DNA from: Lepidodermella squamata
Lineage: Eukaryota; Animalia; Gastrotricha
Direction: 5' to 3'
Length of the DNA: 64,000 nt
NCBI GenBank assembly: GCA_047495785.1
Contig: JBLDXI010000054.1
Coordinates: 1,550,001-1,614,000, forward strand
Shown: positions 23,812-36,682 of the stretch, piece by piece
Numbering within the stretch: position 1 is the stretch's first letter
Layout: each line of letters starts with the position of its first letter
Program-made: the position numbers and the translations under genes
Notes under the pieces: model-generated
What the model was told of the DNA's origin: nothing
The model's database searches: none
The model's input: the letters and a program-made list of their open reading frames with translations, nothing else

Positions 23812-25189
23812 AAATAGATCAGCTCAACTGAAGCGAGTCTGCAGGCGGTGGCTAGGGCGTTGATTTATGCGTCTCAAAAAACGCGCATTTAGCACGTGCT
23901 TACGCACTTACCGGTTTTTTGTAACGAAAAAAATTAGTGCACCGGCCAGGGTGTCCGTTTTTACTATTAGGTGTAATGTCTGGGACCAGGCTTGCGTGCT
24001 GCGGTAATTATTGCACTATTGCGACATGAAATCAGGCGACGCGAAATTCAGCAAGCAGCCTTCATCGCAGATTTTGTCTGGTGGAATGGTGTCAAGTCCA
24101 GGTGTCACGCACGTCACGCCAAAAATAGTCCTTTCTCATGATCACGTGGTCAGTTTTATGATAATTAATAGAATTTCGACCTAGTTGATATGTACCAACC
24201 CCCTATCAGCATGACGTTCAATGCTAAGGTCGAAATTTATCATTTTAAGAATTATTCAAGATGTTTAAAAAACGTCAAGGTCGATTGAATTTTCTGTAGT
24301 TTGTGGCTGTCCGAAATAAGCCGGGTGATTTCGTTTTTTCTGGCTGAATTTCAGGACAAATGAGCAATTCAAATTTGTTCTAAACATGATCATCTAACTG
24401 AAGTCGATGCGCTCTTTCTTTTGCGCTTTTTTCCGGCTACAAAATACTGCAGAATAAAAAAGTTGGCAATTTTTTACCTCGGCGCACACCTGCGAAGAAG
24501 TGCAACCATTATTCGTAAAAAAATCCGTTTCTCATATTTCAGATGTCATTTGAAAGGCGGGACTCCGGACTATCTTCTACATTTTGAACGGTATTTTTAT
24601 CCACCAGGGTTGAGGAGAAACGCGCGCTCAAAGTCAAAAGTGTCCGAAATTATTCCGTCCGAAAAAGGACCGCGTTACAGTATGTGCAAATTTTAAAAAT
24701 CAAAACATTTTCAGGTTTTTTGGGGAAAGGTGTGTCTCTACAAGTGAAAATGAACCCATACATATTTTACGCTTTACGCTTCGATAATATCAATAAATGG
24801 TCTTGCCCGGGAGCCTCCTCCAGTCAAAGGAAAACAGCGATTGAGAAGATGCGTTATACGACTTTATTGATGCATGTGTGACTTTGAACGTGATCTGCAC
24901 ATTAACATTATCCAAGACTTTCACAGGTTTTGTTTTCAAAATCTAAGCCGACCTAATAAGGTCTTTTGGCATACCTAATAAGCACGACGGCCACAGGCTA
25001 ACTTAATGAGAACAATTCTTTAGAAGACTATGACTAATTAGGTTGCAAAAAAGTGAAAACAAAGGAACTGATAAAATTTTAAGCTGAGATTTAGCCGAAA
25101 AATAGCGAATAGTGAATATGACTCGGGAATTTGCGGTTTTGATTATTGCCCTCTACCTTGAGGCAAAGAAAACTATTAAGCTGTCGATG

Positions 25190-27606
25190 CTAGAAGCCAT
25201 CAGGATAGCCTTGACGACGGCGATCACTGACAGCTCTTATAACAAAGCGAGCCTGATTCGGGTCAAAAACACGCTCGATCGCGGTGATTGTGCTGAAAAA
25301 GCTGGCTGCATTCTCCAGCTGATCTACGTGGCCGAAATCCCGTTTCAGAACGGCAAGCAACTCTCTAGGCGCAGCATCTTCCTTCTCGTACTGAAGAGTT
25401 TCAGGAAACAGCTGATGATGCAGCCGGGAAGCATCAACAGCTTGCTTTATATCTTCCCTAAGAAACAAATTTCGAAACGCAACGTAGGCGACTCCAGTCG
25501 TAATCTTCGAACCACCGCCCCCTCCGATAACCAGCCTTGGGTAGTAGATAGATTTATCACCCTCACCGTGCTTCTGAAGAATGACAGTCGGGCACATTGA
25601 AGAGACAGGCCGTTTACCAGGTTTGATCACATTAGCTCGGCTGGGTGTTAGGCCCCAATTATTAGGCAATTTTGTGGTCGAAAAGTCGTCCATTTCATTA
25701 TTGAAAACAATACCTGTCCTTTTACCAACAATACCACTGCCAAAGCTGGTTGAAAAGGTTCAGCACAAGTTTTAGGGGTAATCTCGCCAAACTTACTAGG
25801 TATTGATGGTTGAAGTCAAAGCTACAGCATTCCCAGCTCCATCAATGATAGACATGTGCGAGGTCCCAGCTGTTCTAGGCTGCTGATACATCTCCATTGT
25901 CGCGTATTTGTTAGTGGGCTGGGTCGATGTGTCATTGATTAGGCTTCGAATGAATTCACTGTAATCATGCGATGTCAAATTATTGACTAAATCCTCCATT
26001 TCAGAATGGAAGGAACCATCCCCCATCAGGGTACGCTTTGCATAGGCGAATTTGAAAGATTCAATGAGGCGGTGGTAGGCCAGTGGGTTTACAACATCTT
26101 TCGCAGTAATATTGTACCCGGCCATGATATTCAAGATAAAAGCTAGAATAACCCCACTCCCAGGCGGTCTCATGCTGTATAGCTTGAACTCTTCCTTATC
26201 CGAGTTCGAAAACGAAAATGCGACTGGTTCACGCCATTCTGGTTTGTAGCGGCGAAGATCCTCAGCGGTAATCGGCGAGCCAGCATCTTTCAAATCAGCC
26301 ACTATGTCTTCAGCGAGGGATCCGTTGTAGAAATCGGATGGACCATTCAAAGCGATCCGTTCCATCGTCTTGGCCAAAGTAGGGTACTTCATCAAATCTC
26401 CTGTTCTATAAGACGCCCCAGTTGCTGGGTTTGTGATCAGCTTCCTAAAGATTATGAAAGCTGGAAGCTGAATTGTTTAACAAAACTGTTTATACCTGAA
26501 TTCGGTGAAAATCGATTGGTCTTGGACCTTGGAATTTGTTGAATTTATGAACTCATCGATAGCAACTTCGACTGATCTTGAAACTTTGAAGCCATCGATG
26601 CACAGTCGCTGGGCGACCTGAATCAGCTGAGACCACGGCAGTCGACCGAACTTCGCATGGACTTCCCCCAATCCGGCTACGAACCCTGGAACACCTATAG
26701 CGTAGCCACCTTTACACAAATTTACGCAGGTAAAGAATTCAATAATTATTCCAAGTTTACTATAGAGCGAAGATATTGTTTTGTCTTCGAACATGTCCTC
26801 AGTCGCTGACAAGTAGGCCACCTCCCTGGAGTCTATCGTATACGCTTTCTGGGTTTTCTGGTCCCAAATTGTCATGAAAAATCCACCTCCAACCCCTGCA
26901 AAGTGAATATTCACGACATTGTCGCAAAACGCTGTCGCCACGGCTGCGTCTACCACCGAACCACCCAATGCCAGGATTTCAGTCCCAACCTCGTTGCAGA
27001 TTCCTGCGACTGAATTCACAGCAGCAAACCGGTAGACTCCCATGGGCGATGGAGATACTAGGATAAATTCTTACAGTGAGAAGGTAAATGAGAAGCTTAA
27101 AACTCACCATATGTGAACTCGTTAGCTAAATTAGAGCTTGCTGCCGATTTTGGAATGACTTTATGACAAGTTGTTGGGTTAGACCAGTTGAGGCTTATGA
27201 CCCCACATAGAATAGTGCTACTACCGTTAATGAGCCTGTACCCATCATCACAGATAATTCTCCGCTGAGCTCCAATTCTCGAATCGCCGTTCAGAATTTT
27301 CCCATGCTCAACTTTTGGCGCGGGGCCACACGTTGGATTACAAGTTCCGAAAGGATCGGGTAGCCATAGACCATCCGATGAGCATGCTCGAGTTCTGACA
27401 CCCTCGCCTATCGCGAAACCTTCGAAACAAGATATTGATACATTAGTTCCTTCCTGGACTTCAGTTCTTTGTGGCAAGACAGTCCTCAGCTCCGTTTTAA
27501 GGTAGACTCCATTACTTAGGAATGGCAAGAAACATTTCGCGGATGAGCTTTCGAGGCATATCGAAACAATGAAGAGGATCACAATAGTTGTACACTGCTG
27601 GTTCAT
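25190..27606 (-). CDS. GGT: secreted Sushi(CCP)x2 - gamma-glutamyl transpeptidase, paralog 3
   Basis: MNQQCTTIVILFIVSICLESSSA signal, two CCP modules, DSREVA, GTSH, TSTIN, NNEMDDFS, PVSSMCP, GGGGS all intact. An alternative in-frame ATG lies 7 codons upstream. Confidence 0.92.
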
Positions 27607-27857
27607 CGCATGAGATGGTTGAAACATCTTGTATAGAGTGTATGAAATGATATATAATAAAATATTATTTCTTCTTAGAGCATAGTAGGTAATAACAACA
27701 TACGTATTATGTCTAGCGAGCGTGGTTTTTTCTCTCAAGCTCGGTAAATATTTGCTTTGTAAAAAATGATTCATTATTAGCCCAACCCAACAGACCGTGC
27801 GGTATTAGAGAAATTTAGTTCAAACGCAAAATTTTGACGGATATTTATTCGTAATTA

Positions 27858-29833
27858 TCATCCATTGAATAAGTATTCTATAAGAGTGTGAAATAGACCG
27901 AAAAAAACGCATGCAGAGCTTGCAAGCTTCCTTTCCGCCACGATATTTGTTAGCAGATAATCAGGAGGACCCCGTTTCCATTCCCAGATCTGGCGACGTT
28001 TTTCCTCGCTACAGGGACTGGTCATCAGCTCAAGACCAACCGCTTCAATGCACTCATTTGTGAAATTGCTTTTAAGCATTCCATTCTGGAAAAAATGAAG
28101 GATAAAGCTCAATTTATGACACCTTAAAAGTAAATACGGGTAAAAGGTGGAATATTTGATTTTCAGCATCTAAATTGCACAACTCTGTCTGAACTTTATG
28201 ATCTCCCTTGGTGACAAGGCAGTTTAGATCTTGGCGAACAAATCCAGATTTCGACATGTACCAGACTTGCTTCTCTGAAGAAAACTCGTTAAATTAGTAA
28301 TTGAGCGAAACATAAAATACCTTAACCATTTGAGTGCTGGCAGCGAGTCAGCTTCGCAGAATTGTCAATGCAAAGGTTAGTTCGAGTGCTGCGAATTACA
28401 CCAGAAGCATGAACATTCAAAGGGTCTAGTGTTTCCGGGGCCACATGCTCCAGAAACCAACTGAATGGTTTGCAATTCAGCTTCTCACGCAGCTTTTTCC
28501 GTTCAGTTACATTCGGGCTCGTCGAGACCGGAAGTGCTAGATATTTGTAGTATTGATGTTTGTACTCATCAAACCAAACCTCAGCGATTCGAATGTTGTT
28601 TCGCAGAAACGGGAATACAATCACGGCATACGGTTCAACGAATGGTAATAGATTTGGAGTGGGATTTTGATCAAACATATGACCAACCCGACTGCATGGG
28701 ATGATCTCCTGGCTACCACCGCAAAGCCATACTTTCATGGCGAGTTCGACATTTTCGGATCCCCAAACCTCCATTCCATCATCGAACATTCCTAGTTTTA
28801 TGAAATAGTCTCTTCTCATGACGTAGTGTCCAGTGATAGCAATAGGGCACTCTATAGGATCTGCAGCGGTCTTACGTTTCTCTCGACGCCATTTTGAGGT
28901 CTGAAGAAAAAAATTGATTGATGTTTTTGTTGGCAATCATATACTTGCATAAATCCATTGGAGCGTGAAATCCCAGACGAACTGAGTGGTGAATCCCGTT
29001 TCTCCATTGAAATGGAAAGCCAGAGTGTCGTGGCCAATCGAATCATGAACCGGCAGTACAACAATGGAATGCTTTTCATAGATCCTATATAAAAGAGGCT
29101 CTAGCCATCCATGAGTCACCTCCACATGGGCATCCAAGTAAGCGATTACTTCTCCAGTTGCTTGGCGAGCCGCGAAATTTCTGGCTTTTATAATTCCAAG
29201 CCGTTCTTTGGTTCGGAACATTTTTACTTTGGGAAATCGTTGCATATACCTCTCAAGCGGTTCTTTGAGATTCTCGTCGTCTGACATATCATCTACCAAT
29301 ATGATTTCTTTGAGAAGGGATGGTGGAGATCTATTGATAACCGAATGAATTGTCCTCAGCAGCATAGACCAAGCTTCGTTGTAAAAACAAATCAAAACTG
29401 ACGCTTGAGGCAGTTTTTCGATAGGGTACTTAATGTTCCGACATTCGAGAGGCCGTATATCAGGGAGAGATCGGTTTAGAGACATGAGATCGGAAGCAAA
29501 GGCGTTGTAGTGATGGGTGAAAATCTTTTCCGTGTATCTTTTCATATCCTGCCGGCCGAGCCGCAATTTATCGATCAATACAGGATCGCCATTCTTGCCG
29601 TATTTATCTGGAATAACAGGGTAACCATCTGCTCCTGGTTCGTTAAGCAGAGCTTTGAATGTTCCAGCTTTTGAGTAGAACTCGGCTATATAACCGGCGA
29701 TTTGAAAGATTTGATACAGCCATAGCGTGATGATTGTAAAATAAATCAGTGTAATCAATTTTCTAGGTGTTAACCGCTTGATTGTGGTTGCCAGCAGGCG
29801 ACTGTAATAAGACAGTGCGTGGAACAAAGACAT
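27858..29833 (-). CDS. GALNT: polypeptide N-acetylgalactosaminyltransferase-like (GT27), paralog A
   Basis: N-terminal [25 protein letters not shown] (DxH), WGSENVE, PCSRVGH, ricin-type lectin with QxW, C-terminal hydrophobic extension. 4 exons; the first intron is GC-AG. Confidence 0.9.
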
Positions 29834-30970
29834 TGTTATTAATTTTCATTACATGTGTTAATCATGTGTTAATGGGTAAACACACTGCCGACATCTCTCG
29901 CGTGGTTTTGTTCAACTGTTTACACTAGTTACATTGCTAACCGAAATTACATGTACGGTCCAGAGCAGCAACTTTGACAAAGCCAATAGGTAACTTCAAC
30001 AAAGGAATTCTAGCGGAAGACCTTGACTTTTTATTGACATCAGCCATAAGAGAATTACTTTCTTTGGGGGCTGTGATCTTACATTTATAAATTTGCCATA
30101 AAGAAACTTTATTACCAGTCTTATCATATCTAGAAAACCCAAGTGCGTACTACACAAAAGTTTTTTTTTTTTCAAAAGTACGCTTCCTTTGCTGTGGCAC
30201 TAGTTCACAGTTCACAAAGATACATTAAACGAGGATCCTGCTTCTCCAACTGACTAAAATGAACTCACGAGTATTGCCAGGTCGTTTTTCATGTATAATT
30301 CCCCATCTTCGTATTCCTATAATTAGTTACAATTTAATTACAATTACATTATCTATTATTCAATTTTTCAACTTCGTGCTACCATTTACAATTAAAAAAT
30401 AATGTTAGGGAGCACTCTTTTTGCCAAGAAATTCTGCCCATGCCAAGCTATATTGCATTCACACAAGATCACACTACTAAATCAGATATTTTAGGAGCCC
30501 GCTGTACCTAGGGCGGAACAATCAGGCCGTTCTCGCCATTGATTATTCTTTCTAAATGGTTTGATGCCTAATAATGGCCTTTGTAAAGCCGGAACGTCGC
30601 TGGAGTCTCTTAACGCCATGATTCTTTAGTAAATATTTCAGCAAACAGTCCCTCATCGCCCGATTGACATCACAGCCTGACAGTTGAAATAAAAATAATA
30701 GTTAAATGAGACTGGCTACATCTAAATTCGACACATTTTGGTTGATTGCAGGAGTTCGATATTCGACCCTACGTAGATCATAAGGGAATATGAAGTCCTA
30801 CGCGCGACCGATGCCACGTTATCCGCTACTCGCCATTTCCACCAACAAAATTTCATCAGTCCACGTTGAAAGTAGACACTAACGAAAAAGATTGGCAACA
30901 ATTTGTTCGCGGATGAGCATTTCGGACAATCGAGCTGAGGATCATAAGTGCAACAGATTTTTATTTGTCA

Positions 30971-32944
30971 TTATAAACTATTGAGTATTACGAGCACGAG
31001 AAAAATACCGGACACTGCACATGCGGCGCCTGAGAGTGTCAGTTGTTCTGCGATATTTTTAAGCAAATAATCAGGGGGACCTCTTTTCCATTCCCAGATC
31101 TGGCGACGCTTTGCCGCACTACAGGGACTCGTCACCAGTTCAAGGCCGGCAGCTTCAATGCATTCATTAGTGAAATTGCTTTTAATCATCCCATTCTGGA
31201 TAAAAACGAAGAATAAAGCTCAATTTATGACGTCTCAAAAGCTATTACGGGTAAAAGGTGGAATATTTGATTTTCAGCATCTAAATTGCACAACTCTGGG
31301 TAAACTTTGCGATCTCCCCTAGTGACAAGGCAGCGAAGATCTTGCCGAACAAATCCAAATTTTGACAAGTACCAGATTTGTTTTTCTGACAAGAGAATCA
31401 TTAAAAACGTATTTTCTCAGTAAAATGATTATACCATTTGAATGCTGGCATCGGATCAGCCTTACAGTATTGTCAATGCACAGGTTAGTGCCACTGCTCC
31501 GTATCACCCCTGAGGCATACACGTTTAGAGGATCCAATGTTTCTGGGGCCACATGCTCCAGAAACCAACTGAATGGTTTGCAATTCAGCTTCTCACGCAA
31601 CAGCTTCCTATCAGTTACATTCGGGCTCGTCGAGACCGGAAGTGCCAGATATTTGTAGTAATGATGTTTGTACTCATCGAACCACACCTCTGCGATTCTG
31701 ATGTTGTTTCGTATAAATGGGAACACAATCATGCGGTAGGTTTCACGAATGGCAGCAGATTTGGAGTGGGATTTTGATCGAACATATGGCCAACCCGGCT
31801 GCATGGAATGATTTCCTGGCTACCACCACAAAGCCATACTTTAATAGCGAGCTCGACATTCTCCGATCCCCAAACCTCCATCCCATCATCAAACATTCCT
31901 AATTTCATGAAATAGTCTCTTCTCATGACGTAGTGTCCAGTGATAGCAATAGGGCACTCTATAGGATCTGCAGCGGTCTTACGTTTCTCTCGACGCCATT
32001 TTGAGGTCTAAAGAAAATATTTGAAAAAGTTGTATTCTCAGCAATCATGTACTTACATAAATCCATTGGAGCATGAAATCCCAGACAAATTGAGTGGTGA
32101 ATTTGGTTTCTCCATGGAAATCGTAAGCCAGAGTATTGTGGGCAATCTCATCATGAACCGGCAGTACAACAATCCATTGCTTTTCGTAGATCCTATGAAG
32201 CAGAGGTTCCAACCATCCAGGGGTAACCTCCACATGGGCATCTAAATAAGCTATTACTTCTCCAGTTGCTTGGCGAGCCGCGAAGTTTCTGGCTTTTATA
32301 ATTCCAAGCCGCTCTTTGGTTCGGAATATTTTGACCTTCCGGAATCGCTTGAGATACTCCTCGAGTGGGGCTTTCAAATTCTCGTCGTCTGACATATCGT
32401 CTACCAGGATTATTTCTTTGAGTAGGGATGGTGGAGATCTGTTGATAACCGAATGAATTGTCCTCAGCAGCATAGACCAAGCTTCGTTGTAGAAACAAAT
32501 TAAAACTGAAGCTTGGGGTAATTTGTCGATAGGGTATACTATGTTGCGACATTCCGGCGGCCTGATGTCGGGAAGAGATCGGTTCAGAGACATTAGATCC
32601 GAAGCAAATGCGTTATAGTGATGGGTGAAGATCTTCTCAGTATATCTTTTCATATCCTGCCGGCCGAGCCGCATTTTATCGATCACTACAGGATCGCCAT
32701 TCTTTCCATATTCATCTGGAATTACTGGAGATCCTGGTTCGTTTAGCAACGGTCTGAATGTTCCAGCTTTTGAGTAGAAATCGGCTGCATAGCCGGCGAT
32801 TTGGATGAGAAGATACAGCCATAGCGTAATGATTGTAAAACAAATCAGAGTTACGAATTTTCTTGGTGTAAACCGCTTGATTGTTGTGGCCAGCAGACGA
32901 CTGTAATATGACAGTGCGTGAAACAAAGACGTTGTTATTTTCAT
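30971..32944 (-). pseudogene. GALNT: GALNT-like paralog B with a 1-nt frameshift (pseudogene or assembly error)
   Basis: Closely similar to A/C, but ttcgtgaaacctaccgcatgatt is 1 nt shorter than C's ttcgttgaaccgtatgccatgatt at ~31735-31748, giving PFVKPTA*. Downstream exons remain intact. Confidence 0.8.
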
Positions 32945-33909
32945 TACATATGCTAATTATGAGTTCACGGGTAAACGCTCTGCCGACAAACGTAGCAATT
33001 TAACATTTCAAGCCAATAGGTAGCTTCACAGTGAAGGAAGTAGGCTTTTCGCCGATTACAGTCGTTACCTTTTTATCTGATGCTTTTCCAGAGTCGTTTT
33101 ACTCGCACTTATTTACCTTCAGCCTTTCTCTTCTGATAGTTTTGGGGTAGGACTGCTACAACACAAAGAATTACAACACCGCGAGCAAAGCGAGATTTAG
33201 CAGTCGCTTTTTCGCAATCATTGGGTATAGAAATGCGCTGTCGCGACACCCCAGCACCCCTGTACTTCGCAGAATTTTACGCGGAAAACGACCCGGCAAT
33301 ACTTATGGGTTCATTTTGGTCAGTGCGCCAAGTAGGATCCTTGCACTTGGGGGTATTTTCGCGCGGGGGTATTTTAATGAGGGTGTTAATTAATTAACTA
33401 AATGAATTATGAAATTGTTATGTCGCTACATTGTGTCCAAGAAATTAGCAGTGTCTAACAAGAATTTGCTTACCGGCTAATTTTCCAGCCGTTGATGCGT
33501 GAGCGATATTGAGCGACAGCTCTGAAAAAGCAACCGAGTTTCATGTATGCAGCCTCGTAAAAATTTTTTACAATGTCACGGAGTAGCGTGTATACAGAAA
33601 TTTCTTGCACACACTGTAGGCTGTAACGTAAAAAAAACATGGATCATTGTTTGAAGTAATGGTATCCACTTCCTTCAGTTTGTCATCAAACATCCTAATT
33701 CATCATTATTTATCACCATGCTTTAGCTGGCGGTTTTTTCTTGATTTTAGGTCTGGATGTTGCTTTCCTACTTAGTGTGGATTCAACATTGTCATTGAAG
33801 GCCCAAAGGAGAGCTATGTCTACAGGTTTGAGAAATGCTGCCATTGTATTTATATGCTTCAGGCGTCAAATTAATAGGATTGACGTAGTGATTTTTAGAC
33901 CACAGTTCA

Positions 33910-34130
33910 ATTTATCTGTATGAACAGTGAACTATGCCAGGACCGCGTTTCCGTTGTTTTTCCGTTAATCTATGATAAATTAGGCTTCTCGGTTTTCTGG
34001 TGCCTGGTTCCATGTTTTCGTGAAAAATCCGCCTGCGTATATATGTCATGAGACATTCGTTCCTCACTGCAAAATTCGTTCGAGGTAAAGCATTCATCAG
34101 TTCCCATTTAAGCTAGACGCCAATGGATAA
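33910..34130 (-). mobile_element. possible degraded MULE transposase fragment
   Basis: LPRTNFAV (cf. MULE PRTNN) and PRSLIYHRL (cf. PRSIYRLI in the fragment at ~3060), interrupted by stops. Confidence 0.3.
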
Positions 34131-34223
34131 GATATGCAAGAATGCTTTCGCGGCGTTTCAGACAAGTCGAGCTGACGAACACGAGCAACACTTTGACTGA
34201 TTTTTATTCGCTATTATCAACCT

Positions 34224-36224
34224 TCAAATATTTATTGCGAGCGCGAGAAATATACCGGAAGTTGCACATGCGGCGCCTGAGAGTGTCAGTTGTTCTGCGA
34301 TATTTTTGAGCAAATAATCAGGAGGACCTCGTTTCCATTCCCAAATCTGGCGACGCTTCTCCTCGCTACAGGGGCTCGTCTTTAGTTCAAGACCAGCAGC
34401 TTCAATGCACTCGCCTGTGACGTTGCTTTTAATCATCCCATTCTGGCAAAAAATCAAAATTAAGCCCGATTCATGACTTCTTCAGGGTAAATACGGGTAG
34501 AAGGTGGAATATTTGATTTTCAGCATCGTAATCGCACAAATCGGCATGAACATTATGGTTTCCATTCGTTTGGAGGCAATTAGCGTCTTGCCGAACAAAT
34601 CCCGGTTTCGACAAGTACCAGACTTGCTTCTCTGACGAGAGAATTCGTTGAATAGGTTAATTATAGATTTCCCTCATAGACATAGATTTCCCTTACCATT
34701 TGAGTGCTGGCAACGAGTCAGCCTTACAGTATTGTAAATGCACAGGTTAGTTCCACTGCTCCGTATCACCCCTGAGGCATACACGTTTAGAGGATCCAGT
34801 GTTTCTGGGGCCACATGCTCGAGAAACCAACTGAATGGTTTGCAATTCAGCTTCTCACGCAACTGCTTCCTCTCAGTTACATTCGGGCTCGTCGAGACCG
34901 GAAGTGCCAGATATTTGTAGTATTGATGCTTGTACTCATCGAACCACACCTCAGCGATTCGAATGTTGTTTCGCAGAAACGGGAAAACAATCATGGCATA
35001 CGGTTCAACGAACGGTAGTAGATTTGGGGTGGGATTTTGATCGAACATATGACCAACCCGGCTGCATGGGATGATTTCCTGGCTACCACCACAAAGCCAT
35101 ACTTTAATAGCGAGCTCGACATTCTCCGATCCCCAAACCTCCATCCCATCATCAAACATTCCTAATTTCATGAAATAGTCTCTTCTCATGACGTAGTGGC
35201 CAGTGATAGCAATAGGGCATTCGATTGGGTCTGCAGCAGATTTGCGTTTCTCTCGGCGCCATTTTGGAGTCTAAAGAACAAAATTTTATTTTTTTATTTT
35301 TGCTAATACCTAAGTTTATCACGGCAAGCTTACGGAAATCCATATTAGTGTGAAATCCCACAGGAATTGAGTGGTGAAACCCGTTTCCGGATTGTAATTG
35401 TATGCCAGAGTATCGTGACTTATCGAATCATGAACTGGCAGTACAACAATCGATTGCTTTTCGTAGATCCTATGGAGCAGAGGTTCCAACCATCCAGGGG
35501 TAACCTCTACATGGGCATCTAAATAAGCGATCACCTCGCCAGTTGCATGACGAGCCGCGAAGTTCCTCGCTTTGATAATTCCAAGTCGCTCTTTGGTTCG
35601 GAATATTTTCACCTTAGGAAATCGCTTTAGGTACTCCTCGAGTGGTGATTTGAGGTTCTCGTCGTCTGACATATCATCCACCAAAATGATTTCTTTGAGA
35701 AGGGATGGTGGAGATCGGTTGATAACCGAATGAATTGTCCTCAGCAGCATAGACCAAGCTTCGTTGTAGAAACAAATCAAAACCGAAGCTTGGGGCAACT
35801 TATCGGTAGGATATTCAATGTTTCGACATTCCGGCGGCCTTATGTCTGGTAGAGATCGGTTCAGAGACATTAGATCCGAAGCAAATGCGTTATAGTGATG
35901 GGTGAAGATCTTCTCAGTATATCTTTTCATATCCTGCCGGCCGAGTGTTAATTTATCGATCAGCACAGGTTTCCCGCTTTTCCCATAATCATCTGGAACC
36001 TCGCTGGAGACATTACCACCTGGTTCGTTTAGCATAGCTTTGAATGTTCCACCTTTTGTGTAAAAATCGACCACGAAGTCGGTGATTTGAGATAGTCGAT
36101 ACAGCCATATTGCGATTGTTAAGCAGCAGATCGAAGTAAGTAAATTTCTAAGTGAGAATCGCTGGATTGCAGGGCGAAGCAAGCGGCTGTAGTATGACGG
36201 TGAGTGAAACAAAGTCGTCCTCAT
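34224..36224 (-). CDS. GALNT: GALNT-like (GT27) paralog C
   Basis: Same 4-exon structure; DAH, WGSENVE, VGH; ricin lectin; tail [19 protein letters not shown]. Confidence 0.9.
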
Positions 36225-36682
36225 GTATACAGCTCTTCATTTAACATGTTAATTATCTTAGTATATCAATTGCATTGTGTGAGCAATACCGGTATTTTTA
36301 CGCTCGCTTAGAAAGAATTACCTACACTGCTCGCCAGCATGTTCATGTTTGCTACAGCGCAGTGAATATCACTAGGGAAAAAACAAAGCCAAACAAAGTA
36401 AAGCCAAACAAAGTAAAGTATGACGAGCGAAGGACCTTTTTGACTTTTTGGCCAACATTGTTTGTGCGAACTCGGCTGTTTTATCTTTTGAGATGCAATC
36501 GCAAGCCCCTGACAGGGCTGGATGGGAGAAAGAAGAGCAGTTTGGCAAAAGTGAGATCCGAGATGACGATTCATACTTTGCTTCGTCAAATACAAACTTC
36601 GAATTCCCTGATCGTTGCGTTAGTCATAATGAAAGAAGCCCAGAGGTAATAGAGGACAACATCATTTACTAATGAATGCTTT

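Noticed and set aside
24170-24900. Transposon-like subterminal sequence and ORFs 24421-24696 and 24684-24881
   Set aside because: Only a short aatttcgacct/aggtcgaaatt IR; no definable ends or protein motifs.
25112-25600. 162-aa plus-strand ORF and other antisense ORFs over GGT/GALNT/Sola exons
   Set aside because: Shadow ORFs opposite conserved coding exons, with no motifs of their own.
36275-36672. Intergenic ORFs between GALNT C and D
   Set aside because: No recognisable motifs or splice structure; partly driven by a 15-bp tandem duplication.
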